NCBI GenBank assembly: GCA_963751345.1
Contig: CAVVUS010000043.1
Location: 64,001 to 128,000, forward strand
Length of the DNA: 64,000 bases
Direction: 5' to 3'
Origin: an uncultured Chloroflexia bacterium
GTDB taxonomy: Bacteria > Chloroflexota > Anaerolineae > B4-G1 > SLSP01
A model generated the notes under the pieces. It had not been told where the DNA came from. It saw nothing but the letters and a program-made list of their open reading frames with translations, and searched no databases. The translations under genes and the position numbers were made by a program. Below, one piece after another: positions 19,393-29,408 of the stretch; position 1 is the stretch's first letter; the number at the start of each line of letters is the position of its first letter.

Positions 19393-20454
19393 ATGCGTGC
19401 GAAAGTAACGATGATTACCGGCGCGGCCGGTGAAGTGGGGCAGGCGCTGATCCAACGCCTGTCAGACCGGTATGCCGACGAGGAACGCCGGAATGGCCGG
19501 AGCGGTATCCAGAGCGACCAACGGCGAATCCTCTCCATGGATCTGAATCCGCTGCCGTCCGATCTGGCTTCAAAGGTCTACCACGTCCAGGGCAGCATTC
19601 TTGATACCGGCTTGCTGGACCGGCTCGTCAGTGAATACGAGATCGAGGAGATCTATCACCTGGCAGCTCTGTTGTCCACACGGGCCGAGTTCTCACCGGA
19701 TGCGGCCCATCGCGTGAACGTAGGTGGCACATTAGGGCTGCTGCACCTTGCCGCACAGCAGTCTGAGTGGCGGGGAGAGCCGGTGCGGTTCCTCTTCCCG
19801 AGCTCCATTGCCGTCTTCGGATTGCCCGATCGCCAGACAAAGCAGACCTATGCTCGTGTTCGCGAGTGGGAATGGAATTACCCAACCACAATGTATGGGT
19901 GTAACAAGCTCTACTGTGAGATGTTGGGCATCTACTTCAGCCGCTACTACCGTCAGCTTGCAGCGGACCGGCCGACCAGTCTTGACTTCCGCTGCGTTCG
20001 ATTCCCCGGACTGATCAGTGCTTTTACCATACCCAGTGGCGGCACCAGCGATTATGGCCCCGAGATGCTGCACGCTGCGGCGCAGCACAAACCTTATGCC
20101 TGTTTCGTACGTGAGGACGTGCGCATTCCGTTTATGGCAATGCCCGACGCCGTCAAGGCTCTGGTCGATCTCGCAAAAGCACCCCGGGAGGCGTTGAGCC
20201 GTCCGGTCTACAACGTCACCAGTTTCAGCCTCTCAGCGGGAGAGTTCCGTGACCGGGTCCTGGGCACCATGCCCGACGCGGATATCACGTACGAGCCCGA
20301 CTTCAAACGGGAGCGGATCGTGGATAGCTGGCCTGCCGATCTGGATGACAGCGCGGCGCGACGTGATTGGGGCTGGCAGCCTGACTATGACGCGGACAGG
20401 GCCTTCTCTGAGTATCTTGTCCCCAATATCCGGCAGCAGTATCGCCGGGAATAG
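19393..20454 (+). CDS. NAD-dependent epimerase/dehydratase family, SDR-type L-threonine 3-dehydrogenase-like
   Basis: 'ITGAAGEVG', 'HLAALLS', 'PSSIAVFG', 'PTTMYGCNK', 'GGTSDY', 'IVDSWP'. Confidence 0.85.
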   Translation: MRAKVTMITGAAGEVGQALIQRLSDRYADEERRNGRSGIQSDQRRILSMDLNPLPSDLASKVYHVQGSILDTGLLDRLVSEYEIEEIYHLAALLSTRAEFSPDAAHRVNVGGTLGLLHLAAQQSEWRGEPVRFLFPSSIAVFGLPDRQTKQTYARVREWEWNYPTTMYGCNKLYCEMLGIYFSRYYRQLAADRPTSLDFRCVRFPGLISAFTIPSGGTSDYGPEMLHAAAQHKPYACFVREDVRIPFMAMPDAVKALVDLAKAPREALSRPVYNVTSFSLSAGEFRDRVLGTMPDADITYEPDFKRERIVDSWPADLDDSAARRDWGWQPDYDADRAFSEYLVPNIRQQYRRE

Positions 20455-20475
20455 GCGCAAAACGGAAAGCCGAAG

Positions 20476-21105
20476 CTAGAAGAGGGAGAGTTGCTCGACA
20501 TCCGGAGGCGGCGTGTACGTCTCCGGTTCGAGCTTCCCATCAAGCAGATCCCGCAACAGGGAGAAATCCGCCTCTACGACGCTGCGCAGGCTGGGCTGGT
20601 GGAGTGCCGCTGCCGGGTGATACATCGGGAAGTAGACTTGGTTCGTCGCACTCTCCGAGCCCGCCACAATGCGTGCCTGCCCATGCACCTGGGAGATTTT
20701 CTCATCGGGGAATGCGCGCGCCATAGAATGCCGCCCCAGCGTCACGATTACCTTTGGGCTGATGATCTCGATCTGCCGATCCAGATAGTGCTTGCAGGCC
20801 TCGACTTCCTCAACCTGAGGATCACGATTGCCCGGAGGCCGGCACTTGATCACGTTGGTGATGAATACCCGCTTCCGATCGATCTCGGACTTTTCCAGCA
20901 AATCGTTAAGGAATCGGCCGGCAGCACCTACGAACGGAATCCCCTGCTGGTCTTCGTGAAAGCCCGGGGCCTCCCCAATGAACATGATCAGCGCATCCAC
21001 CGGGCCATCACCGGGTACGGCATGCGTCCGGCCAATATGCAGCGGGCACTGCGTGCAAGAACGTATCTGTGTATGAAGTGCCTGCAACTCTTTCTCTCGA
21101 TCCAT
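20476..21105 (-). CDS. family 4 uracil-DNA glycosylase (4Fe-4S)
   Basis: 'CTQCPL', 'GEAPGFHED', 'NVIKCRPPGNR', 'YHPAAAL'. Confidence 0.93.
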   Translation of the reverse strand: MDREKELQALHTQIRSCTQCPLHIGRTHAVPGDGPVDALIMFIGEAPGFHEDQQGIPFVGAAGRFLNDLLEKSEIDRKRVFITNVIKCRPPGNRDPQVEEVEACKHYLDRQIEIISPKVIVTLGRHSMARAFPDEKISQVHGQARIVAGSESATNQVYFPMYHPAAALHQPSLRSVVEADFSLLRDLLDGKLEPETYTPPPDVEQLSLF

Positions 21106-21110
21106 CCTAC

Positions 21111-21740
21111 CTACTCCTTCCCACCCCGACCATCGCGATCTATCCACTGAATCCCCAGCTCGCTCAACAACAATGAGAGTTGCTCCTGCACGCGGCTCCT
21201 ATAGCCGGCATCACCTGCGACTTCGACCTGCATGAGATACGCATCCTCACCATTGGCGTAATATCGTCGTAGATGGGAGTGCTGCAGAAACTGCCACTTT
21301 GTATAGAGTCTTTGCGCCACTTCGTTGGAGACGCGAACTTCCAGCCCGATGATATGAGCACCGTCACGAATTGCTTGATCCACGGCAACCAGCAGAAGGA
21401 GTTCCCCCAGTCTCTGGCCCCGCCATCCGGCATGCACCGCCAGCGTGCTAATGTGGCCCCGAGTTCCCTCGACCCTCATCCCCACAAACCCCACCAAGCG
21501 TGCGACGTGCCTTCGGCGATGCGTGGTCCACGTCTTGGCTTGCAGCGGGTCGGGCTGCTCCAAGACGAAATAATGAGCCGAGGGATTGAAGTAGATCTCC
21601 TGGACGTAAGCGGACTCAGGCCAAGAATCTTGAAAGACCTGGCGATCCAGCGACACGACTGAGGGGATGTCTCGCCCCTCCATAGACCGAATGCGGAGAC
21701 CCTCCACTCGGGGCCGGCAAGTGTCTTCCACTTCGCTCAT
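21111..21740 (-). CDS. rimI: ribosomal protein S18-alanine N-acetyltransferase
   Basis: GNAT 'HISTLAV...RGQRLG', 'LEVRVSN..A..LY', 'YYANGEDA'; follows tsaB. Confidence 0.88.
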   Translation of the reverse strand: MSEVEDTCRPRVEGLRIRSMEGRDIPSVVSLDRQVFQDSWPESAYVQEIYFNPSAHYFVLEQPDPLQAKTWTTHRRRHVARLVGFVGMRVEGTRGHISTLAVHAGWRGQRLGELLLLVAVDQAIRDGAHIIGLEVRVSNEVAQRLYTKWQFLQHSHLRRYYANGEDAYLMQVEVAGDAGYRSRVQEQLSLLLSELGIQWIDRDGRGGKE

Positions 21741-22387
21741 CGAGCATAAAGTGGCAGCAGCGCAGAGGGGGCATCGACCTGATTTGCTCGAAGGCGCCGC
21801 CAGGCGATATCGGCAAGGTAGCCCGCCCGGCGCAGATGAAGAGCCGGCGGAGGTATCTCAACCCGACCATACAGGGGGCGCAGCGCTTCGCGGCCCGTAG
21901 CCCCAATCTCGCCGACCACGGTGCACGGGAGTTCTAACCTGGCAGCGAATTGCTGCCAGGTGCCTACCTGCACACCGGTCTCGGGGCGCCAGGATTCATC
22001 CTGCCACCGGTAACGTGCGTAACCGACGCGTTTTCGACCCGCGGCAAACGTCGGGTAGAGTGGACGCTCGTCACCGGGCTGCGCGAGCGCCAGGATATCC
22101 AGCGTCGTGACACCCACAAGCGGCAACTTCCGCGCCGAGGCCAGCCCCTTTGCGACGGACACACCGATCCGGACACCGGTGAAAGATCCCGGCCCGATGC
22201 AGACACCCACCGCCGTAATGTCCGCCGGTGTGATGCCGGAGGACGCCAGAAGCTGGACGACGCGTGGAAGGAGCGTGACCGTATGGCGATTCGCTGATTC
22301 CCACGTGCATTCCGCGCGAAGGGCTGTACCATCGTGCAGCGCAATGCTCGCACGCTGGGTTGCAGTGTCAATAGCAAGTAGCATCAC
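21737..22387 (-). CDS. tsaB: tRNA t6A biosynthesis protein TsaB
   Basis: 'LAIDTAT', 'GPGSFTGVRIG', C-terminal 'PLY.R'. Confidence 0.95.
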   Translation of the reverse strand: MMLLAIDTATQRASIALHDGTALRAECTWESANRHTVTLLPRVVQLLASSGITPADITAVGVCIGPGSFTGVRIGVSVAKGLASARKLPLVGVTTLDILALAQPGDERPLYPTFAAGRKRVGYARYRWQDESWRPETGVQVGTWQQFAARLELPCTVVGEIGATGREALRPLYGRVEIPPPALHLRRAGYLADIAWRRLRANQVDAPSALLPLYAR

Positions 22388-22887
22388 AGACCTAAGATCT
22401 CCTGTCGAAACTCTTCTAAGATCGCTTGATGATGCTCTCCCTGTGCCTGAAAGACCAAGGATCGGCGGTACTCATCAAGCATGCGAAGATGGATCCATAG
22501 CCGCTCGCCAGGAAAAAGCCCCGCATGGCGTTCGGGCCACTCGACGAGACAGACCGTATCTATGTTGCCGATGATCTCGTCGAGCCCCAGCATGTCGATC
22601 TCGGCCATTGAGTTCAGCCGGTAGAGGTCAATATGATAGAGGACAAGCGGATCCTGATGGCGGCGATGGCGGCGTATCAAGACGTAGGTTGGGCTCACCA
22701 GCCGGCTTGTGGACCCCCAGCCCATCCCCACCCCTTGGGCAAGGACCGTTTTCCCTGCCCCTAGGTCTCCCTCCAACGCCACGATATCACCGCCGTTAAG
22801 GTGCCGTCCAAGGCGAGCGCCAAGGCGCAGGGTCTGTTCGGGGCTGCGACTGATGAACTCAAGTGTATCTTTGGTCAGGATTGGCAT
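22384..22887 (-). CDS. tsaE: tRNA t6A ATPase TsaE
   Basis: 'GDLGAGKT', 'SPTY', 'HIDLYRL', 'VEW'. Confidence 0.95.
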   Translation of the reverse strand: MPILTKDTLEFISRSPEQTLRLGARLGRHLNGGDIVALEGDLGAGKTVLAQGVGMGWGSTSRLVSPTYVLIRRHRRHQDPLVLYHIDLYRLNSMAEIDMLGLDEIIGNIDTVCLVEWPERHAGLFPGERLWIHLRMLDEYRRSLVFQAQGEHHQAILEEFRQEILGL

Positions 22888-22974
22888 GGGTTATCCGCGA
22901 GCGCTCTCGATGGCACACGTTGTCGCCATTATACACCAAGCAAGCAGACTTCCCACGCTACCCGCTCTCCACCG

Positions 22975-25516
22975 CTACTTAGTCACGTAACGAAGCAACC
23001 GGATCGCCGCATGCTTGGCGCCGGGCTCACTCTCCCCGGTCGGTCCCACGCACGAAGGACAGCCATCCGCACACGAACAGCCCTCGGCCCTTTCCAGCGC
23101 CACGTGGGCCAACTCAGGCCAAAGATCCACCAGCCGGGGCGCAAGCCCGACGCCACCCGGCACAGCATCGTAGACGATGATCGCCGGTTGGCCGCTCTCG
23201 GCGTCCCGAGCCTCGACCGAGGTACCCAGGTCGCCGGGATCACACATCAGGAAGACCGGGGCCAGATGGCGCAGGAGATGGGCCATCCCGCTCAAAGCAG
23301 TTCTGGCTCCCCGGGCTCTCTCCACGATCCGGTGGCAGACGGGACAGAGCGTGATTAGGTTCTCCGGGGCGTGGGCCAAACGCAACGCCATCGCCCGTGC
23401 ATACTGCGACATAAACGTCCGCAACGGTGTCAGGTGATGGACCTCCAGGGGGCGTTCCGGCAGACCGGGCTGCCCACAGAGTCGGCAGCGATGGCCGTCC
23501 CGGGTCAGCATCCGGTTACGTATCTCCGGCCACTCCGGGCCATAGTCCAGGGGCGCGACCATCACTCCCTCGTCGGCCAGGGCCTCCACCACAGCAGCGT
23601 CCAGTGTCAATCGGAAAGCCTCGGTCTCCATCTGCTGCTCGGGCAGATGGATTTCCCCCCAACCAAGGGTTTCGTGCGATCCGAGGTGGACGCGGCGATA
23701 GGCAGTCGGTCGGGTATAGACCATCACCTCCTCGTCGGTCCGGGCGACACCTTCTTCGTAGCCATCACCTGCCGGGAGCCTGCGCCGCAGGAGGCGTCGC
23801 TCCACCTTGGTCGTCGCTGAAGCTACGGTGTAGTAATCCAGATCAACGGCCCGGCCATAGGCCACCCCTTGCTCCCAGTCCAGCGACTCAATTAGGTAGG
23901 GCGCCGCACCGTGGAAGTACACGGCGCCCTCGTGGACCAAACGTGGTGCGCTGGGACGATCCACAATGCCGATCACACCCTCATCGGTCACGCGGACCAC
24001 AATGTTGTCGGGTGTCGCACTGCGCAGCGAGACCATCTGCGCCGGATACGTTTCGCCGACCCAAGTAAACTGATCCTGACTGCGGTGCAGCATGCCTTCT
24101 GCGGATAAGGCATCCAGGAGATTCTCGACGCTCATCTGACCGCCGAAGCGCTCGTCATGCTGGAAGGGCAGTTCGAATGCTGCGCACGTCACGTGGGAGG
24201 CCAGGAGGCTCAGCGTGTTGGGGTTCACCCGCGCCTCCTCCGGCGAGCGACCGAAGAAATACTCCGGATGCGCGACCACGTACTGATCCAACGGCGCCGG
24301 GGTAGCGACCATCACCGAGAGCGAGGCCCCGGCCCTTCGACCCGCTCGCCCCATCTGCTGCCGCGTGCCGGCAATAGTCCCCGGGTAGCCCACGAGCACA
24401 GAAGCGTCAAGGTCTCCAATGTCGATGCCAAGTTCTAGCGCATTCGTCGCAATCACCACACGCACCTGCCCCGTCCGCAGCCCGAGCTCGATGTCGCGAC
24501 GCTCGTGAGGAAGATAACCACCACGATATCCCCGGACGACCTCGGGGTCGTATCCCAGATGTTCGGCCCGCGCCCGCATCTCTCTCAGGAGGAGTTCCAC
24601 CGACAGCCGCGAACGCGCGAAGACGATCGTCTGTACGTCGGCCTGGAGCAAGCGCGTGGTAAGGTGACAGCGCCTCGTCGGTCGCGCTGGCGCGTAGCCC
24701 TAACGTGGGATTCAGAAGGGGCGGATTGTAGAAAATGACGTGACGTGTGCCATAGGGCGCCCCATCCTCCTCCACCGCGGCCACCGGGCTCTCCCATAGA
24801 GCTTCAGCCAACTCCCGGGCGTTGGAGATCGTAGCCGAGGCTGCCAGACACTGCGGGCCGGCACCGTAGAATCCGGCCACGCGTCGCAGTCGCCGCATCA
24901 CGTTCGCTACGTGGCTGCCGAAGACGCCTCGATAGACGTGGAGTTCGTCAAGGACCACATAACGCAACCCCTGGAAGAAACGCATCCATTGGGTGTGGTG
25001 GGGCAGGATCCCCAGATGCACCATGTCGGGGTTCGAGATCAGGATCCGCGCTTCTTTCCGGATCGCCGAGCGCAGACGTTGGGGGGTATCCCCATCGTAG
25101 GGGCGCAGTGCAATTGGAGCGTTCAGCGCGCCAATCCATCGCTCGATCGCCGTCATCTGGTCGTGCGCCAGCGCCTTGGTGGGATAGAGCAAAAGGGCAG
25201 TTGCCTTGGGATCGCGAAGCAGCGCGTGCAAGACAGGCAGGACATATCCGAGCGTCTTGCCCGAAGCCGTTCCCGTGGCCAGGACCACATTCTCTCCGCG
25301 CAGTACCGCGTCAATCGCGGCCGCCTGATGCGTGTAGAGCGACCTTATACCCAGTGAGGAGGCCGCTGTCCGCAGCCGTGGATCTAGGGTTGCAGGCCAC
25401 TGACTGGTAAGCGCGGGGCGCTTCGGGAGCGTCTGCCAGGCGGTCACATTGCGAATGAAACGCGGATCGGCTTGCTGGCGGGCCAGCAGGGATTCCAGGC
25501 GGTCTCGGGCCTCCAT
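22975..25516 (-). CDS. DEAH-box helicase of the MrfA/YprA/SftH (DUF1998) family with an inserted HNH domain (frameshift near 24660)
   Basis: 'GTASGKT', 'DELH', 'SAT', 'ATNALELGIDIG', 'QQMGRAGR'; C-terminal Zn site 'LMCD...CSCADGCPSC'; HNH at ~23318-23550. Confidence 0.9.
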
Positions 25517-25526
25517 AGGATGCGGG

Positions 25527-26777
25527 CTACTCCCCTCCTGCAGGCGTCGCTGCGAATCTCCGCAACGCAAGCGGAATCCCGATAAGCGAGGAGAGCGAGA
25601 CCAGGATCAGCGTCGACTCGAAGAGTACTCCAAAGCCGGCAGCCAATCCCCCGGCCGTCGCGTTCGTAGTCGACCACGCAAGTCCCCCTACACTCAAGAT
25701 CACGTTGAGGTTCCACAGACCATGGAAGGTGACGGCGCCCAGGTAGGCAAGCGGCAGCACCCACCGGCGTCCCCGCCAGAAAGCACCCCACCCTAGCCCG
25801 AGCAAGCCACTGGCCGCACAGTGCATGCCGGTGGCGAAAAACCGAACCCCGGCGGCCCCCAACCACCCGGTGGTCCCACCGATACCAATCGCGCCATTGG
25901 AGACGCCCTCAAGCCACGCGAATCCGAGACCGCACGCAACACCCCAGACAAACGACGCGATGACCGATGGCCTGACCCAAATCCCGATGACGCCCATCAC
26001 CAGCGTCTTCCCAAACTCCTCGATCAGCGGCGCAATCACGGAAAGAGACAGCACCAAGGTGATGATGACCATCGGCGAGGCAATAACCCCCACAAGCTCC
26101 GCGGGATCGGTGGGGGGATGGACGGACCATTGCTGGGCCAGAGCCCTCAGCCGGTCGAATCTGTGCAGAGCCGCCGGGAAGCAGCAACGTCACGACCGCT
26201 CCGATAGCGCCGCTGGCCACCAGACCGGCAATCTCCACAGGCACGGCTAGAAGAACCGTCGACGCACCACCGGCGAGCAACACAACCAGCCGGCGGAGGG
26301 ATGGCGCACCCTTTGGGCCTGCAGCCAGCGTCACAAGCGAGAAAAGAAACAGCCCCGGAAAGAGGATCAAAGCGTAATGGAACGGCGCAAAGAGCGGCCG
26401 GCTTTGGAGATCCTGCGGCAGCAACGCACCGATCACGCCGGCGACGATGCTCAACAGAAGGAAGACGAACCACGCTCGCTTCGCAGAGAATCGCCGAGAA
26501 GGGCGGGCACGCCATCCTCTACGACCCGCGATGGAGAGACCTATGCCTAACGTCATCGAGATCAGGCCGTAACCTGCGATGACGACGGCAAAGGACTGCA
26601 GACTGGCGGTGAACACAACCGGCAGCACTGCCAACACGAGGCCCAACCCCGACAGGCCCACCCCAACCAGAAAAACCGCGATCCAAAGCCGAGCGGGGCG
26701 CAGTACCTGCAGGGGTCGGCACGAGATCCGATGGCAGCGGAGATATCGACGACCCGAGCCGGGGGATAGGATGTCAA
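25527..26777 (-). CDS. PrsW family glutamic-type intramembrane protease (frameshifted; start uncertain)
   Basis: 'PLIEEFGK', 'GLGFAWLE', 'MH', 'FHGLWN' motifs; TM segments spread over ORFs 25909-26661 and 25527-26093. Confidence 0.8.
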
Positions 26778-26956
26778 GCGCGAGCTCCCTCTAAGAAGAG
26801 AGGGGGAACAGAGCTATGCCTTCCGGAATTGCGTCCTTCGACGCACAGAACCCGGACGCTCACCTCTGCTCCCCCTCACATTCGGTCCGACGCAATGACG
26901 CGAGAGTCAGCTTCCGGAGTGAGGTTGTTCAACTCACTCCGGTTCCAAGAACAAGA

Positions 26957-28252
26957 CTACTGAACGGTAACTTCGATCGATTGCACAACGTCAGCCTGTG
27001 GGGCCGACGGGTCACCAACTGCTACTCGCACCAACTGGTCGAGAACGTCCAACCCATCCACAACCTGCCCGACCAAAGCAAACTGACCGTTCAGTTGCGC
27101 TGCATCCGAACCTAGCGTGAAGAAGAACTGCCCGTTCGGAAGCATCCCTAACAGACCAGGGCGATCGAAGGTGCCCTGAGTCTCGCCCTCGCAGTAGTAG
27201 CCGGGATAACCAACCGTCGAATTCGTGGGATCCCCTGTAACGGCGACGAAATTATCGCGCACGTAGAAGAACTCCGAGCCGTCGTACCAGCCCTGTTGGG
27301 CCAGGAAGACAAAGCTATTAACGTTGGCGGGAGCGGACTCTGGCAGAAGGTTGACGGTGAGATCGCCCTTGCTCGTCTTCACCACGGCCTCAATCGTGTT
27401 GTCACTCGTGATGGTCATAGCAGGAGCATCGGGGAAGAAGATCTGATCCTGACTCTGCACGATGGTCAAGAAGGACTCGAGCCCGCCCAGAGATAGGCCG
27501 ATGTCAGACGGGAAGAGAATATTGTCAAAGATGAAACTGGGCGTGCCGGGCAGATTCAAGGCGATGGCCTCATCATACTGGCTCTTTACCTTGTCAGCGT
27601 AGGTGCCATCGTCCAGAGCGGCATTGAAAGCATCCACATCCAGACTCAGATCCTTGGCATAGGAGGTCAGTTCAGCACGAACCTCGTCCATGCTGGCAAG
27701 AGCACTCCATTGCGTGCTATACTCAAAGAGCATATCGTGCATCTGCCAGAACTTGCCCTGCGCACCGGCAGCCTCGGCGGCCTGAGCGGTGATATCCGCA
27801 TACTGATGGAAATCCAGGGGGAAGCTACGATAGACCAGTGCGATGTCAGGATGTTGCTGAATGAACTGGGTCACGATCGGATACATCCCGGCACATCCGG
27901 GGCACTGGAAATCGGCGTATTCATAGAGTACGATCTTGGCATCCTGGAGGCTGGCACCCGTCACCCAATCCGTATCATCCACGGGGCGCACGGGTAACTC
28001 TGGCAGCGGCTGCACCGTACACGTCCCCGGTGCGTCCGGCGCGACGACCGACACCGGCTCGTTCGGGTCTCCGGTCGGCTGCGGCTGCGGCGTACTAAGG
28101 TCCGCAGTAGGATCGGCCGGGGCGGCCGTAGAGGCTGAGGTCGGCGGCGGAGCAGTCGTCGGCGACGGAGTTGTCGTTCCTGGGTTGCAGGCCGCTAGCA
28201 ACAATATAAAGGCCAACCCAAGGGTCGGCAACTTTCGGGTAAGTGATCTCAT
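26957..28252 (-). CDS. lipoprotein: DsbA-type thioredoxin domain fused to a cyclophilin-like domain
   Basis: Lipobox 'LAAC'; 'DFQCPGC' and 'GTP'; 'TSKG..L....AP..V.SFVFLA..GWYDG' cyclophilin N-terminus. Confidence 0.85.
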   Translation of the reverse strand: MRSLTRKLPTLGLAFILLLAACNPGTTTPSPTTAPPPTSASTAAPADPTADLSTPQPQPTGDPNEPVSVVAPDAPGTCTVQPLPELPVRPVDDTDWVTGASLQDAKIVLYEYADFQCPGCAGMYPIVTQFIQQHPDIALVYRSFPLDFHQYADITAQAAEAAGAQGKFWQMHDMLFEYSTQWSALASMDEVRAELTSYAKDLSLDVDAFNAALDDGTYADKVKSQYDEAIALNLPGTPSFIFDNILFPSDIGLSLGGLESFLTIVQSQDQIFFPDAPAMTITSDNTIEAVVKTSKGDLTVNLLPESAPANVNSFVFLAQQGWYDGSEFFYVRDNFVAVTGDPTNSTVGYPGYYCEGETQGTFDRPGLLGMLPNGQFFFTLGSDAAQLNGQFALVGQVVDGLDVLDQLVRVAVGDPSAPQADVVQSIEVTVQ

Positions 28253-28326
28253 CGTGTAGGCTCCTGTTCACCTAATGTGATGCGGATTGTACCAGGTAAT
28301 ATCGCGGGATCAACAATCTGATGCTA

Positions 28327-29408
28327 TCACTCTCTGGCGAGAGGTGTTTCGTCACGCTTGTGTTTGCGTGCAGGGCTGGCTTGCGGAGCGTCCAGCACCG
28401 ACCAGAAGGGAGCACGTTCTAGGCGCCACAGGGCGACAAGCCCGACTGCAGCAACAAATCCCCCTACAAGATAACCCTCGACGATGGATGCTTGTGTCAC
28501 GAAGATCGCCAGTAACCCTGAACATGAAAGCGACGATGTAGAGGAGAAATACCGCCTCACGTCGTGTGAATCCGGCATACGTGAGCCGGTGGGAGGTGTG
28601 ATCGGTCCCCGGGGTGGAAAGTGGGTTCAGCCCACGTCGCAATCGAGAGATGGTGACCAGGGTAGTGTCAAAGATCGGCACGCCCAGAACCAGTAGCGGG
28701 ATCATCCAGGTCACAAAGGGAACGTTGTCCGGGAACCGTAGCTTGATACCAAGGGAGGCCAACGTGAAGCCAAGGAAAAGGCTGCCGGAATCGCCCATGA
28801 AAATGGTCGCTGGATTCCAATTGTAGATAAGAAACCCGATGCACGCTGCCATGACGGCGACGGCGAGCGCGCCTACCAAGTACTGACCGCTGAGCGCACA
28901 CAAGATAGAGAAGTGCGCTGCGGCGATCGCTGCAATGCCTGCGGACAGCCCATCCATATTGTCCAACAGGTTCATAGCGTTGGTGATGCCAACCACCCAC
29001 AGCACGGTAACTGCCAGGTTCAGGAGATGATAGGGGAACACCTGGACGGTAACACCCGTTAGTAGCGAGCAGGCCCGCCGCGAGCAGCTGTCCTGCAAGT
29101 TTGATACCTGCTCCCAGGTGATATCGATCGTCCCAAAAGCCCAGGAAGGAGACGAGGGTTGCCCCGACCAGGATGCCACTCAGTTCGTTGAAGATCCCCC
29201 GGAGAAGGATGGCTGCCGCCAGCGTGCTCAAGAATATGGCGATGCCCCCCATCCGGGGCGTGGGCACGGTATGAACCTTTCGCGTCGCATCCGGCTGATC
29301 CATGATCTGCCATCGTAAGCCGAGTTTCCGCGCCAGCGGGGTGCCAAGCACTGCCAGACACAGCACCCCGACAAAGACGACCAGGTAGGTCTCGATGTCC
29401 GGAATCAT
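28327..29408 (-). CDS. undecaprenyl-phosphate GlcNAc-1-phosphate transferase (WecA/TagO, Glycos_transf_4), two frameshifts
   Basis: 'RKVH..PTPRMGG', 'GFWDD', '[12 protein letters not shown]', 'FMGDSGS', 'DHTSHRL'. Confidence 0.9.
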
